A program made the position numbers and the translations under genes. Shown here piece after piece: positions 18,274 to 27,153 of a DNA stretch of 27,651 nucleotides. Where the stretch lies: contig JALGTJ010000007.1 of assembly GCA_029821415.1 (NCBI GenBank), positions 1 through 27,651 on the forward strand, written 5' to 3'. The stretch comes from Candidatus Zipacnadia bacterium. GTDB taxonomy: Bacteria > Armatimonadota > Zipacnadia > Zipacnadales > Zipacnadaceae. Every line of letters begins with the position of its first letter. Positions within the stretch are counted from its first letter, which is position 1. Below the pieces are notes generated by a model. The model had not been told where the DNA came from and did no database searches. It was given only the letters and a program-made list of their open reading frames with translations.

Positions 18274-18459
18274 CTACCAGCTGGACTTGGTTATCCCAGG
18301 AATGTTACCCGCCAGGGCCTGTTCCCGGAAGCAAATGCGACACAGGCCGAAGCTACGCATATAGCCACGCCGGCGGCCACACAACTGGCAGCGGTTATAG
18401 CCGCGAGTCCTGTACTTAGGCTCTCGCTTCTGCTTGGCAATCCACGATTTTTTCGCCAC
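18274..18459 (-). CDS. rpsZ: 30S ribosomal protein S14, type Z (Zn-binding, 61 aa)
   Basis: MAKKSWIAK...[24 protein letters not shown]...GITKSSW. Confidence 0.98.
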   Translation of the reverse strand: MAKKSWIAKQKREPKYRTRGYNRCQLCGRRRGYMRSFGLCRICFREQALAGNIPGITKSSW

Positions 18460-18528
18460 GGACTTCTGCCTCCTGGCAGTGGGGTGGTATAGACATATTC
18501 GTCATTGCTGTTACTGAGCGTATCTGCT

Positions 18529-19080
18529 TCATTCAGAGACCAGGGGTAGGCCCAGTGCCTCCAGTAGAGCTATGCCCTGGTCATCAGTTTCGGCAGTAGT
18601 GACGATAGTAATACTTAACCCCCGGGTCTTTTTGACATCATCGTAAGTCAGTTCGGGAAAGATCAGATGATCGTTGATCCCTACGGTATAGTTCCCTCGG
18701 CCGTCAAAACCACTGCGCGGTAGGCCACGGAAGTCGCGGATACGTGGCACCGCAACGTTGAACAGCCGGTCAGCAAACTCCCACATCCGCGCGCCCCGCA
18801 GGGTGGCCTTACAACCGATGGCCTGTCCCTGGCGCACATTAAAGGCGGCTATAGACCGCCGCGCGCGAGTGATACAAGGCCGTTGCCCCACGATCAATGC
18901 CAACTCGTCGACGGCGCTCTCCAAAGCTTCGAAATCATTAGTCGCCTCAGAGACGCCCATGCTCACAACGATCTTCTGAGGCCGGGGTGCCTGCCATATA
19001 TTCCGGTAGCCGAACTGTTTCATCAAAGCCGGCCGAACTTTTTCTTCGTACATAACTTTCAGTCTGGGCTGGTAGGCCAT
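18529..19080 (-). CDS. rplE: 50S ribosomal protein L5
   Basis: PRLKVMY, KIVVSMGV, IAAFNVRQG, RIRDFRG, FDGRGNY, IFPEL; start at MAYQP (19080). Confidence 0.98.
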   Translation of the reverse strand: MAYQPRLKVMYEEKVRPALMKQFGYRNIWQAPRPQKIVVSMGVSEATNDFEALESAVDELALIVGQRPCITRARRSIAAFNVRQGQAIGCKATLRGARMWEFADRLFNVAVPRIRDFRGLPRSGFDGRGNYTVGINDHLIFPELTYDDVKKTRGLSITIVTTAETDDQGIALLEALGLPLVSE

Positions 19081-19163
19081 TTGACTTGCCTGCGCTTTCA
19101 CTGGCCGCCTCCCGGAGCCGCGCCTACGCGCAGCACCAACGGCCCGGCTATAACTGGAGACTA

Positions 19164-19508
19164 CTACTGGTCAATGTCCGCACCACATTTCTTGCACACG
19201 CGCACCCGTGTGCCATCTTCTCGTTGGCGATGGCCGACACGAGTGGGCTTGTTGCAGCTCGGGCAGACCAACATTACGTTAGATACATGGATAGGCCCCG
19301 GGCTTTCAATAATGCCACCCTGGCGGACCTTTTGAGTCTGGCGGACAGCACGCTTCAGGATATTCATGCCCTCCACTATGACCCGCTCTTCTTTGGGCAG
19401 CACCCCAATCACTCGCCCCCGTCGCAAATTGCCCTTGTAAGACCTATCTTTACCGGAAATCACAATGACCTCGTCGTTGGCCTTGATATGCAGCCTCTTC
19501 GCGGACAT
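19164..19508 (-). CDS. rplX: 50S ribosomal protein L24
   Basis: EVIVISGKD, VIVEGMN, GGIIE, IHVSNVMLVCPSC, RVCKKCG. Confidence 0.97.
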   Translation of the reverse strand: MSAKRLHIKANDEVIVISGKDRSYKGNLRRGRVIGVLPKEERVIVEGMNILKRAVRQTQKVRQGGIIESPGPIHVSNVMLVCPSCNKPTRVGHRQREDGTRVRVCKKCGADIDQ

Positions 19509-19877
19509 CTAAACCACCTCGGGCGCCAGAGATATGATCTTTACATGTTCCTTCGCCCGCAGTTCTTGGGCAACGGGACCAAATACGCGGGTACACAATG
19601 GGTTGCCATTCTCATCTACGATTACCGCAGCATTGTCATCGAATCGCACCTGAGTCCCGTCAGGGCGTACTACGCTCTGGCGGCAACGTACTACCACTGC
19701 CCGGACGATATCGCCCTTGTGCACCGGACTTTGCGGGGTAACCTGCTTGGCCGAAGCCACTATCAAGTCGCCTAACGACGCATATTTCCCCCCGCTGCGT
19801 CCAACTATGTTTATGCAGCCAATTTCCCGTACACCAGAGTTGTCAGCCACCCTCAGCCTGGTTTCTTTCTGAATCAT
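19509..19877 (-). CDS. rplN: 50S ribosomal protein L14
   Basis: MIQKETRLRVADNSG, FDDNAAVI, TRVFGPVA, IISLAPEVV; 122 aa from ATG 19877. Confidence 0.98.
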   Translation of the reverse strand: MIQKETRLRVADNSGVREIGCINIVGRSGGKYASLGDLIVASAKQVTPQSPVHKGDIVRAVVVRCRQSVVRPDGTQVRFDDNAAVIVDENGNPLCTRVFGPVAQELRAKEHVKIISLAPEVV

Positions 19878-19937
19878 CGTTACAGCCCTCTTGCGAACTT
19901 GATCGGACTTTCGGCTATTCACATAGTAATGCAGCAG

Positions 19938-22010
19938 TTAACTTCTCTCGCTCTCAGCGACGATGCGTTGCTCAATATCCGGTGGAACAGGTTGATAGTG
20001 AGCGAACTCCATAGTGTAACTGGCACGCCCCTGCGAGAGCGAACGCAGATCCGCCGCATAGGTGCGCATCTCGGCTACTGGAACTAATGCCTTGATCCTC
20101 TGCAGTCCCTTGCCCACAGCATCCATCCCCTGAATCTGACCGCGCCGGCTAGTAATATCACTCATTACATCGCCCATAATGTCCTCAGGCGTAGCCACTT
20201 CAACCGCAGCTACCGGCTCCAGCAGTTTTGACCCGGCTTCTTCCAGAGCCTTGCGCATCGCCAGTTGACCGGCCCTACGAAAAGCCATATCCGACGAGTC
20301 CACCGGGTGCGAACTACCATCATCCAGAGTGACCTGGACGTCAACTACTGGATAGCCAGCCAGTACGCCCGACTCCATTGCATCCTGCACACCCTTTTCA
20401 ACAGCAGGGATGTAGTTGGTGGGCACGGCGCCCCCCTTAATCTCATTGACAAACTTGAAGCCCTCGCCTCGGGGCAGCGGCTCTACCCGGATCCACACAT
20501 CGCCAAACTGCCCCCGGCCTCCGGTCTGTTTCTTATGGCGTCCCTGCACGCGCACCTTTCGAGTTACAGTTTCCCGGTAGGCAATCTGGGGCGGCTTGAG
20601 CGTGACATTGACATCAAACTCATTCTGCAGACGGGTAGTGATGATTTCAACGTGTAATTGTCCCATACCCCGAACAATCAGTTCTCCGGTCTCTCGGTCC
20701 CGCTCGTAGGCGAAACCGACATCTTCGTCAGACAACTGCGCCAATGCACCGGAAAGTTTATCCTGATCGGCACGCGAAGCGGCCTCCAGGGCTACCGCGT
20801 GCATACCACTCGGCAAAGGCGGACAGTCAAATATCACGCTTTCGCGGCCTTGGTAAAGTGTCGTTCCCGTCCGCACCTTTTCCAGCTTGTTGACACAGGC
20901 AATATCACCTGCTGCCACTGTCCCTGCCGAAACCGTTTCACGGCCCTGAACAAAAGCCAGACCACTGAGCTTGGCACTCTCACCGCTCTGTGCGTCGGTG
21001 ATGGGCGCGTCTGCCTGGCCTATCCCGGAGATGGTGCGCAGCAGGCTCAGCCGCCCGACGTATGGATCCAGGATCGTCTTAAATACCACTGCCGCGAATG
21101 GCTGATCCGCTGCCGGAGCTCGGACAATTTCTTCCCCATCTCCCGGCGCATGTCCGTGCCAGGGGCCTCGACTCACCGGCGAAGGCGCCAGTTCAACCAA
21201 TGTCTCGGCCAAACTGGCAACCCCGATTGCCCGGCGGGCATCAGTAGCAAGTACTGGCATAATCAGCCCTCGAGCAACGGCTTTCCGCAGGCCTTCGGCC
21301 AATTCTTCCGCAGTAAGCTCCCCTTCTTCCAGATACCTTATGGTCAACTCATCATCGGTAGTCGCCACCGCATCAACAAGTTGTTCGTAAGCTTGCTCTG
21401 CTGCCTCGCGTAACTCCTCAGGTATATCTCCCCGTTTGACCTCAGTGCCTTGGCCAGTAACCGCTTGCATAGTCAGCAGGTCCACCACGCCCTGGAACTG
21501 CCCTTCGCTGCCGATGGGAAGCTGAATCGGCACGACCTCCGGTCCGGTGAGGCTCTCTGCCAGACTCGCCACCGCACCGTCAAAGCTGGCGCGCTCCTTG
21601 TCTATCTTGTTTACGACGGCAATTACCGGTTGATTGCAATTCCGGGCTGTTTCGAAAACCTTGTAGGTGTGTACCTCCACTCCGGCATTAGCATCAATGA
21701 GTAACACACTACAATCTGCCACCCACAGTGAGGGCACCACCTCGGCAAAGAACTCAGCATAGCCAGGTGTGTCAATAAGATTTATCTTAGTGCCATTGTA
21801 TTCGCAGTAGCAGGCCGCCGGCGAAATGGAGATCTGACGGCTCTTCTCCTCCTCGCCAAAATCACAGGTAGTGGTGCCTTCTTCAACCTGACCCATACGG
21901 CTCTTCATGCCGGTGCTAAACAGCAGCGCCTCGGCCAAGGTGGTCTTACCGCAACCACGGTGGCCAACTATGGCCAGATTGCGAATGTGATCGCTATCGT
22001 ATTGTGGCAC
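19938..22010 (-). CDS. fusA2: Elongation factor G paralogue (EF-G2 / EF-G-like), 690 aa
   Basis: IRNLAIVGHRGCGKTT (G1), RQISI (G2), DTPGYAEF (G3), NKID (G4), KKQTGGRGQFGDV, GGAVPTNYIPAVEKG, HPVDSSDMAF, LLEPV, DLRSLSQGRASYTMEFAHY. Five-domain length with non-canonical G motifs; GGGAGG RBS before GTG. Confidence 0.95.
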   Translation of the reverse strand: MPQYDSDHIRNLAIVGHRGCGKTTLAEALLFSTGMKSRMGQVEEGTTTCDFGEEEKSRQISISPAACYCEYNGTKINLIDTPGYAEFFAEVVPSLWVADCSVLLIDANAGVEVHTYKVFETARNCNQPVIAVVNKIDKERASFDGAVASLAESLTGPEVVPIQLPIGSEGQFQGVVDLLTMQAVTGQGTEVKRGDIPEELREAAEQAYEQLVDAVATTDDELTIRYLEEGELTAEELAEGLRKAVARGLIMPVLATDARRAIGVASLAETLVELAPSPVSRGPWHGHAPGDGEEIVRAPAADQPFAAVVFKTILDPYVGRLSLLRTISGIGQADAPITDAQSGESAKLSGLAFVQGRETVSAGTVAAGDIACVNKLEKVRTGTTLYQGRESVIFDCPPLPSGMHAVALEAASRADQDKLSGALAQLSDEDVGFAYERDRETGELIVRGMGQLHVEIITTRLQNEFDVNVTLKPPQIAYRETVTRKVRVQGRHKKQTGGRGQFGDVWIRVEPLPRGEGFKFVNEIKGGAVPTNYIPAVEKGVQDAMESGVLAGYPVVDVQVTLDDGSSHPVDSSDMAFRRAGQLAMRKALEEAGSKLLEPVAAVEVATPEDIMGDVMSDITSRRGQIQGMDAVGKGLQRIKALVPVAEMRTYAADLRSLSQGRASYTMEFAHYQPVPPDIEQRIVAESERS

Positions 22011-22027
22011 TCAGCTTGCCTCCCGAT

Positions 22028-22222
22028 TCATACATTTGCGCTTGGCTCATCACAGCTATTGTTCTCATCGTGCGCCTTCAGCTTTGTGCTCCGGAGCAGC
22101 ACCTTGCCATACAGAGGATGCCTGGTCCTTCGCTGGATCTCAACCACCACTGTCTTGTCCATCTTGTCACTGACCACCGTTGCCAGGGCCGTCCGCTTCT
22201 CGCCGCTGTGTGTTCTACTCAT
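22028..22222 (-). pseudogene. rpsQ: 30S ribosomal protein S17, C-terminally truncated (about 57 homologous residues plus 7 unrelated)
   Basis: [12 protein letters not shown]...HPLYGK...KAHDENNSC, then DEPSANV*; the conserved GDxVxIxExRPLSKxKxWxL half is absent. Confidence 0.85.
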
Positions 22223-22446
22223 TGATTGATCCCCAACTCCCGCTCGCGCAGAATAGTATTAATCTGAGCGATCGCTTTGCGGTACTTCCTGACCCGCTTC
22301 GGATCGTCAATCTGGCCAGAGGCCAGGCGGAAGCGCAGGTTGAACAGACTCTCCGCAATTTGTCTCTTTCGGTCCTGTAGCTCCTCGCTGCTGGCTCTCC
22401 GCAGTTGGTCAATAAACTGGCGGGTAGTATCAACTGTGTCCGGCAT
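22219..22446 (-). CDS. rpmC: 50S ribosomal protein L29
   Basis: [37 protein letters not shown]; start at MPDTV (22446). Confidence 0.96.
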   Translation of the reverse strand: MPDTVDTTRQFIDQLRRASSEELQDRKRQIAESLFNLRFRLASGQIDDPKRVRKYRKAIAQINTILRERELGINQ

Positions 22447-22858
22447 CGTAGTCCCCTCGAGTAACAAACTTACACTTGATCGGCAGTTTGTGGGCAGCTC
22501 GCCGCATCGCCTCGCGAGCGGTCTCCTCGGGTACGCCGCCCATTTCAAACATTATCCGACCAGGCTTGACAACCGCTACATAATAAGCAACCGGTCCCTT
22601 GCCCTTCCCCATTCGTGTTTCGGCCGGCGTCTGAGTAATCGGCTTGTCAGGGAATATCCGAATCCACACCTTCCCTCCCCGGCGAGCCTCGCGGGCCATT
22701 GTCACACGAGCTGCCTCAATCTGCCGGGAATCAATCCAAGCCGGCTCCAGAGCCTGGAGGCCAAACTCGCCAAAATTCACAGTGTTGCCCCGATAAGCTA
22801 ATCCTCGCATCCGCCCTCGGTGCTGCTTAGCATGCTTTAGTCGCTTAGGCATCAACAT
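22430..22858 (-). CDS. rplP: 50S ribosomal protein L16
   Basis: [48 protein letters not shown]. Confidence 0.98.
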   Translation of the reverse strand: MLMPKRLKHAKQHRGRMRGLAYRGNTVNFGEFGLQALEPAWIDSRQIEAARVTMAREARRGGKVWIRIFPDKPITQTPAETRMGKGKGPVAYYVAVVKPGRIMFEMGGVPEETAREAMRRAAHKLPIKCKFVTRGDYDAGHS

Positions 22859-23864
22859 CTTCAGCTTCCTCCTCGACCGCATCTACCACTATAGCAGGCT
22901 GCGTCTCATCGCTATTGTCAACAGACTCTTCTTCCCCAACAGCTTCTACCGGCTCGGCTGCCTCAACTTCCGTTACTGCCAGCTCCGTTTCTGGTTCGGT
23001 CTCATCGTTAGCACTGTCAGGCTCATCTTCCTCAACAGCCCCCACCGGCTCTGCCGCAGACAACGGGGCCGTCTCAAGCTCTGCTACCTCAGGCTCCGCC
23101 TCTGGCGGAGCAGCCGACAGATCTTCTGCCGCTGCCCCAGCGGTTGGTTCTTCTTCCACCTGCTCCCCATGTTCAATTAGGGCCACCTCCTCTTCCAGCT
23201 CTTCCCAGACATCTCGCTTCTTTTCCTCCTTGGGGGGCAAGATGTCACCCTTATATACCCAGACCTTCACCCCAATGTTACCGTAAGCGGTTCGGGCTTG
23301 AGTGACGCCGAAATCAATGTCCGCCCGCAAGCTCTGCAGTGGAACCGGCCCTTCCGGCCCCATCTTCTCGCGCCGCGCAATTTCTGCCCCGCCTATCCTA
23401 CCAGCAATCTCACAACGTACCCCTCGGGCACCACACTCCAAAGCACGTTCCAGGGCCTGACCCATAGCTCGTCGTGGCGAGACACGCCGCTCGATCTGCC
23501 AGGCAATATTATCAGCCAGCAGTTGCGCACAAGTATCCGGTTGAGCCGTCTCCTCCACATTTACCCGCACCTTTGCCTTAACCATCTTCTGAAGTTGCTG
23601 GCGAAGCCGATCCACATCGCGCCCGCCCCGGCCGATCATAATCCCCGGTCTGGCAGCTTCAATGGTCACCGTTATGCTGTCAGCGGCTCGATCAATAATG
23701 ATATTGGAGATACCGGCATTGCGCTCTCTGTCGCGAATATACTTACGGAGCTTGATATCCTCAATCAGTTGCTGACGGTATTGAGCACCCTCGGCAAACC
23801 AGCGACTACGCGCCTTGCGTACACTGACCAGACGAAAACCGTATGGATGGACTTTTTGACCCAT
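22845..23864 (-). CDS. rpsC: 30S ribosomal protein S3 with ~128-aa acidic C-terminal extension
   Basis: [53 protein letters not shown], then an E/A/D/P/V-rich tail. Confidence 0.98.
   Translation of the reverse strand: MGQKVHPYGFRLVSVRKARSRWFAEGAQYRQQLIEDIKLRKYIRDRERNAGISNIIIDRAADSITVTIEAARPGIMIGRGGRDVDRLRQQLQKMVKAKVRVNVEETAQPDTCAQLLADNIAWQIERRVSPRRAMGQALERALECGARGVRCEIAGRIGGAEIARREKMGPEGPVPLQSLRADIDFGVTQARTAYGNIGVKVWVYKGDILPPKEEKKRDVWEELEEEVALIEHGEQVEEEPTAGAAAEDLSAAPPEAEPEVAELETAPLSAAEPVGAVEEDEPDSANDETEPETELAVTEVEAAEPVEAVGEEESVDNSDETQPAIVVDAVEEEAEDVDA
22902..23096 (-). repeat. Degenerate tandem duplication (33 and 32 codons) within the S3 acidic tail
   Basis: [33 protein letters not shown] versus [32 protein letters not shown]; in DNA, GTCTCATCG recurs at 22903 and 22999 (period 96 nt) with similar downstream sequence. 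Confidence 0.8.
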
Positions 23865-23891
23865 TCACGTCACTCCTTATGACCTTGGCCC

Positions 23892-24242
23892 TCAATCAGA
23901 GTCGGCAGCGCTCCCGTCGCTGACGACAACCGTAATGTGACAAGTGGGACGTCGTTGTATATCAGCCCGACCCCGTGCCCTGGGCCGTAGCCGTCGCATA
24001 CGTGGTCCTTCATCAACTACCGCCGTGAGCACAATCATCTCATCGGGATCCATACCATGATTGTTCTCGCCATTGGCTACTGCTGAATTCAGACAGTTCA
24101 GAACGTCGGCCGCTGCCGGCGACGACTGCACCTCCAGGATTGCCCGTGCCTCATTTGCGGTGCAACCCCGAATCAGATCAATGAATTTACGGGCCTTCTG
24201 GGGCCCACGGCGTACCCATTTTGTTACTGCGCGAGCTTCCAT
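23892..24242 (-). CDS. rplV: 50S ribosomal protein L22
   Basis: MEARAVTKWVR, LNSAVANGENN, VVDEGP, RPRARGRA, CHITVVV. Confidence 0.97.
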   Translation of the reverse strand: MEARAVTKWVRRGPQKARKFIDLIRGCTANEARAILEVQSSPAAADVLNCLNSAVANGENNHGMDPDEMIVLTAVVDEGPRMRRLRPRARGRADIQRRPTCHITVVVSDGSAADSD

Positions 24243-24282
24243 TGTTCAATTCTCCCCACATCTGTTCAAGCCAGTGAAGCGG

Positions 24283-24612
24283 TTACTCTACCGCGGTCCC
24301 TGGTGCCAAACGTCGGGGCCCCTCGTGGGCTCCCTCCTCCCCAGGGCGAGCGCGCCGTCGGCGCATCCCGCGGAAGGTGCGAGTACCGGCAAATTCGCCA
24401 AGCTTGTGCCCGACCATATTCTCGGTAATATATACCGGAACATGCCTGCGGCCGTCGTAGACAGCTATAGTATGGCCAATCATCTCCGGGAAGATCGTTG
24501 ACCGCCGCGACCAGGTCCGGATAGTTTGCTTGTCACCGGTGGCGTTCATTTGCTCCACCTTCGCCATTAGTTTCTCGTCAACAAAAGGTCCTTTCTTCGT
24601 TGATCGCGGCAT
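24283..24612 (-). CDS. rpsS: 30S ribosomal protein S19 with atypical extended C-terminus
   Basis: [41 protein letters not shown]; AGGAGG RBS. Confidence 0.97.
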   Translation of the reverse strand: MPRSTKKGPFVDEKLMAKVEQMNATGDKQTIRTWSRRSTIFPEMIGHTIAVYDGRRHVPVYITENMVGHKLGEFAGTRTFRGMRRRRARPGEEGAHEGPRRLAPGTAVE

Positions 24613-24635
24613 CACACAGCCTCCTATGACATCAA

Positions 24636-25472
24636 CTACCGTCGGGCACGGCGCTGTCGAACAATGTACTTATTCGACGGTTTTTTCGGATTACGAGTTA
24701 TCTTGCCTAAAGTCTTCTTGCCCCAGGGACTCAGAGGGCTCGGATGGCCCACCGGCGCCTTACCTTCGCCGCCGCCGTGAGGATGATCCACCGGATTCAT
24801 CGCTGAGCCGCGCACATGCGGGCGCCTGCCACGCCAGCGCGCCCGCCCGGCCTTGCCATCACTTACGTTGATATGATCAATATTGCTCACGCGCCCAATG
24901 GTCGCTCGGCACGAGGTAGGCACCAGGCGAACTTCGCCCGACGGTAGATTCAGGTGCACATAGTTACCCTCGCGGGCTGCAACACGCGCGCCCGATCCAG
25001 CACCCCGAGCTATTTGGCCACCTCGGCCGGGCTGCAGCTCAACATTATGGACAACCGTACCCACCGGAATCCGTCCCAACGGCAGGCAGTTGCCTGGGCG
25101 AATTGGCACCGCCTCCCCGGAGACGACCGAGCTACCCTTCGCCAATCCCTGAGGAGCCAAAATGTAACGCTTCTCGCCATCCATGTAGTGAAGCAGAGCC
25201 AAATGGGCCGAACGGCCCGGATCATACTCAATAGCCGCCACTTTCGCCGGAATATTGTCCTTGTCACGCTTGAAATCCACCAGGCGAATTCGGCGCTTGT
25301 GCCCGGCGCCACGGTGGCGGGAGGTAACACGTCCGGCGGCGTTACGTCCCGCGCTTTGTTTGCGCTGAATAGTCAACCTTTTCTCGGGTCGCTTGTCATC
25401 CAGGTCGGACCTATCCAGCGATACGTAGCCACGGCGGCCTGCTGTCACTGGTTTATGTTCTTTGACGGGCAT
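24636..25472 (-). CDS. rplB: 50S ribosomal protein L2
   Basis: [41 protein letters not shown]; start at MPVKE (25472). Confidence 0.99.
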   Translation of the reverse strand: MPVKEHKPVTAGRRGYVSLDRSDLDDKRPEKRLTIQRKQSAGRNAAGRVTSRHRGAGHKRRIRLVDFKRDKDNIPAKVAAIEYDPGRSAHLALLHYMDGEKRYILAPQGLAKGSSVVSGEAVPIRPGNCLPLGRIPVGTVVHNVELQPGRGGQIARGAGSGARVAAREGNYVHLNLPSGEVRLVPTSCRATIGRVSNIDHINVSDGKAGRARWRGRRPHVRGSAMNPVDHPHGGGEGKAPVGHPSPLSPWGKKTLGKITRNPKKPSNKYIVRQRRARR

Positions 25473-25513
25473 CGTCTTCTTCCTCACTCTCGCAGCTACT
25501 TCAGCTACATTGG

Positions 25514-25825
25514 CTAACCTTGAACCAGTTCAATCTGGTCGCCAGGCGCTAATGTGACTATAGCCTTCTTGACTCGCGCAGTCTTACCGGTGCGATGACG
25601 ATAGCTGCGCTGGCGAGTCTTGCCCTTGATATTCATAGTGTTTACCTTCACTACACGCACATCGAACAGTGCTTCAATGGCAGAACGAATCTGCACCTTA
25701 TTAGCGTCGGAGCGCACCACAAAGTGGTACTTGTTCTCTCGCTCGGCCTGTTCCATGGCCTTCTCCGTGATGATGGGAGAGCGAATGATATCGCGATATT
25801 CTTCAATCTGCTCAGGCAGTTGCAT
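25514..25825 (-). CDS. rplW: 50S ribosomal protein L23
   Basis: [36 protein letters not shown]. Confidence 0.97.
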   Translation of the reverse strand: MQLPEQIEEYRDIIRSPIITEKAMEQAERENKYHFVVRSDANKVQIRSAIEALFDVRVVKVNTMNIKGKTRQRSYRHRTGKTARVKKAIVTLAPGDQIELVQG

Positions 25826-26459
25826 CTATATCGCCTCCTGCGCCCATCTCTTCCAAAGCCTGGCGGGTTACAATGATATGATCAGCCCATAGCACATCGC
25901 GGACGCTGAAATGTGGTACCTCGCGCATGACCAGATCAGGAATATTGCGTGAGCTATAATAGATATACTGGTCCAGATACTCATCCTCGCTTAATAACAT
26001 CAGCACGTGCCCTGTGCAGCGTAGAGCAGCCAGCATCTCCACAATAGTCTTAGTGCGAATCTCCTCAACGATAATCTCATCAACGACCACAACGTTGCCC
26101 ACTGCTGCCTGGGCCGACAAGGCGCTCTGTAGGGCCTTTCGCCGCATCTTCTTGGGCAACCTGACTCTCCTGCTTTCACTCCGCGGGCCATGAGCCTTGC
26201 TGCCTCCAACGAATATCGGCGCACTCCTCGCCCCATGGCGAGCCCGACCCGTACCCTTCTGGCGATACCACTTGGCCGTAGTCAGCTTGATCTCCGAACG
26301 GGTCTTGGTGCTCCTGTTTTTCTGCCTACGCTTGTGGTCTACCGTCACCAATGCCTGATGAATCAAGTCATTGTGTAACGGCGCGGCAAACCATTCGTCA
26401 CTGACTTGCAGCTCGCCCACCTTTGTACCCTTCATATCATTTACTGCCATGCTCGGCAT
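25812..26459 (-). CDS. rplD: 50S ribosomal protein L4
   Basis: [38 protein letters not shown]. Confidence 0.98.
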   Translation of the reverse strand: MPSMAVNDMKGTKVGELQVSDEWFAAPLHNDLIHQALVTVDHKRRQKNRSTKTRSEIKLTTAKWYRQKGTGRARHGARSAPIFVGGSKAHGPRSESRRVRLPKKMRRKALQSALSAQAAVGNVVVVDEIIVEEIRTKTIVEMLAALRCTGHVLMLLSEDEYLDQYIYYSSRNIPDLVMREVPHFSVRDVLWADHIIVTRQALEEMGAGGDIDATA

Positions 26460-26466
26460 GAGCGGC

Positions 26467-27114
26467 TCATTCCTTTGCTGATTTCTTTGTGGGCCGGATG
26501 ATCACCAGACCGCCGTTCGGACCCGGAATACCGCCCTTAATAAGTAACACGTTCTCTTCAGGGTCAACTGCGACCACAGTCAAGCCCTGGATCGTGACTC
26601 GCTTATTGCCCATGTGACCAGGCATTCTCGTCCCTGGGAAGATACGCTGAGCATCGGTGGCCCCTGCTGACTGCAGACTCCGATGTACCTTTGAGCCGTG
26701 ACTGGCCGGGCCACCGTGAAATCCATATCTCTTCATAACACCCGCAAACCCTCGCCCCTTTGACCGACCTGTCACATCCACCCGCTCGCCCTCACTGAAC
26801 AGCTCAACAGTAAGCTCCTGACCCTCTTGGTATTCTTCGTCAGCATCTACGCGAAATTCGGCCAGATACCGGAGCGGTGCAATGCCCCGGCTTTCAAAAT
26901 GACCGCTCAATGGACTGTTAGTGCGACGCCGGCTGCGCCGCTCAAATCCAACCTGAACCGCTTCATAACCGTCTGTCGCTCCAGTCTTGCGTTGCACCAC
27001 GGTACACGGCCCAGCCTGCACGACCGTCACCGGGATAGCCTCACCCTCCTCAGTGAATATGCGTGTCATACCAACCTTCTTGCCTAACAATCCTACTGGC
27101 ATTTCATTCACCAT
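26467..27114 (-). CDS. rplC: 50S ribosomal protein L3
   Basis: GLLGKKVGMT, DGYEAVQVGF, VDVTGRSKGRGFAGVMKR, MPGHMG, LLIKGGIPG. Confidence 0.98.
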   Translation of the reverse strand: MVNEMPVGLLGKKVGMTRIFTEEGEAIPVTVVQAGPCTVVQRKTGATDGYEAVQVGFERRSRRRTNSPLSGHFESRGIAPLRYLAEFRVDADEEYQEGQELTVELFSEGERVDVTGRSKGRGFAGVMKRYGFHGGPASHGSKVHRSLQSAGATDAQRIFPGTRMPGHMGNKRVTIQGLTVVAVDPEENVLLIKGGIPGPNGGLVIIRPTKKSAKE

Positions 27115-27153
27115 TTTATGTCTCGGACCCAGCCGGGGCCTCAGCCGACTATG

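Noticed and set aside
5652-19508. Zn-binding (C+) forms of L32, L36, S4, S14 and L24, and the Zn-lid Adk
   Set aside because: Ordinary for many anaerobic and Gram-positive-related lineages.
19905-22060. Hexamer AATAGC (minus strand) near both ends of the EF-G2 block; joining there would read ENNS-RKSDQVRKRAVT
   Set aside because: Only 6 bp; the joined frame runs into rplN and does not restore the S17 RPLSK motif, so it is not convincing as a target-site duplication.
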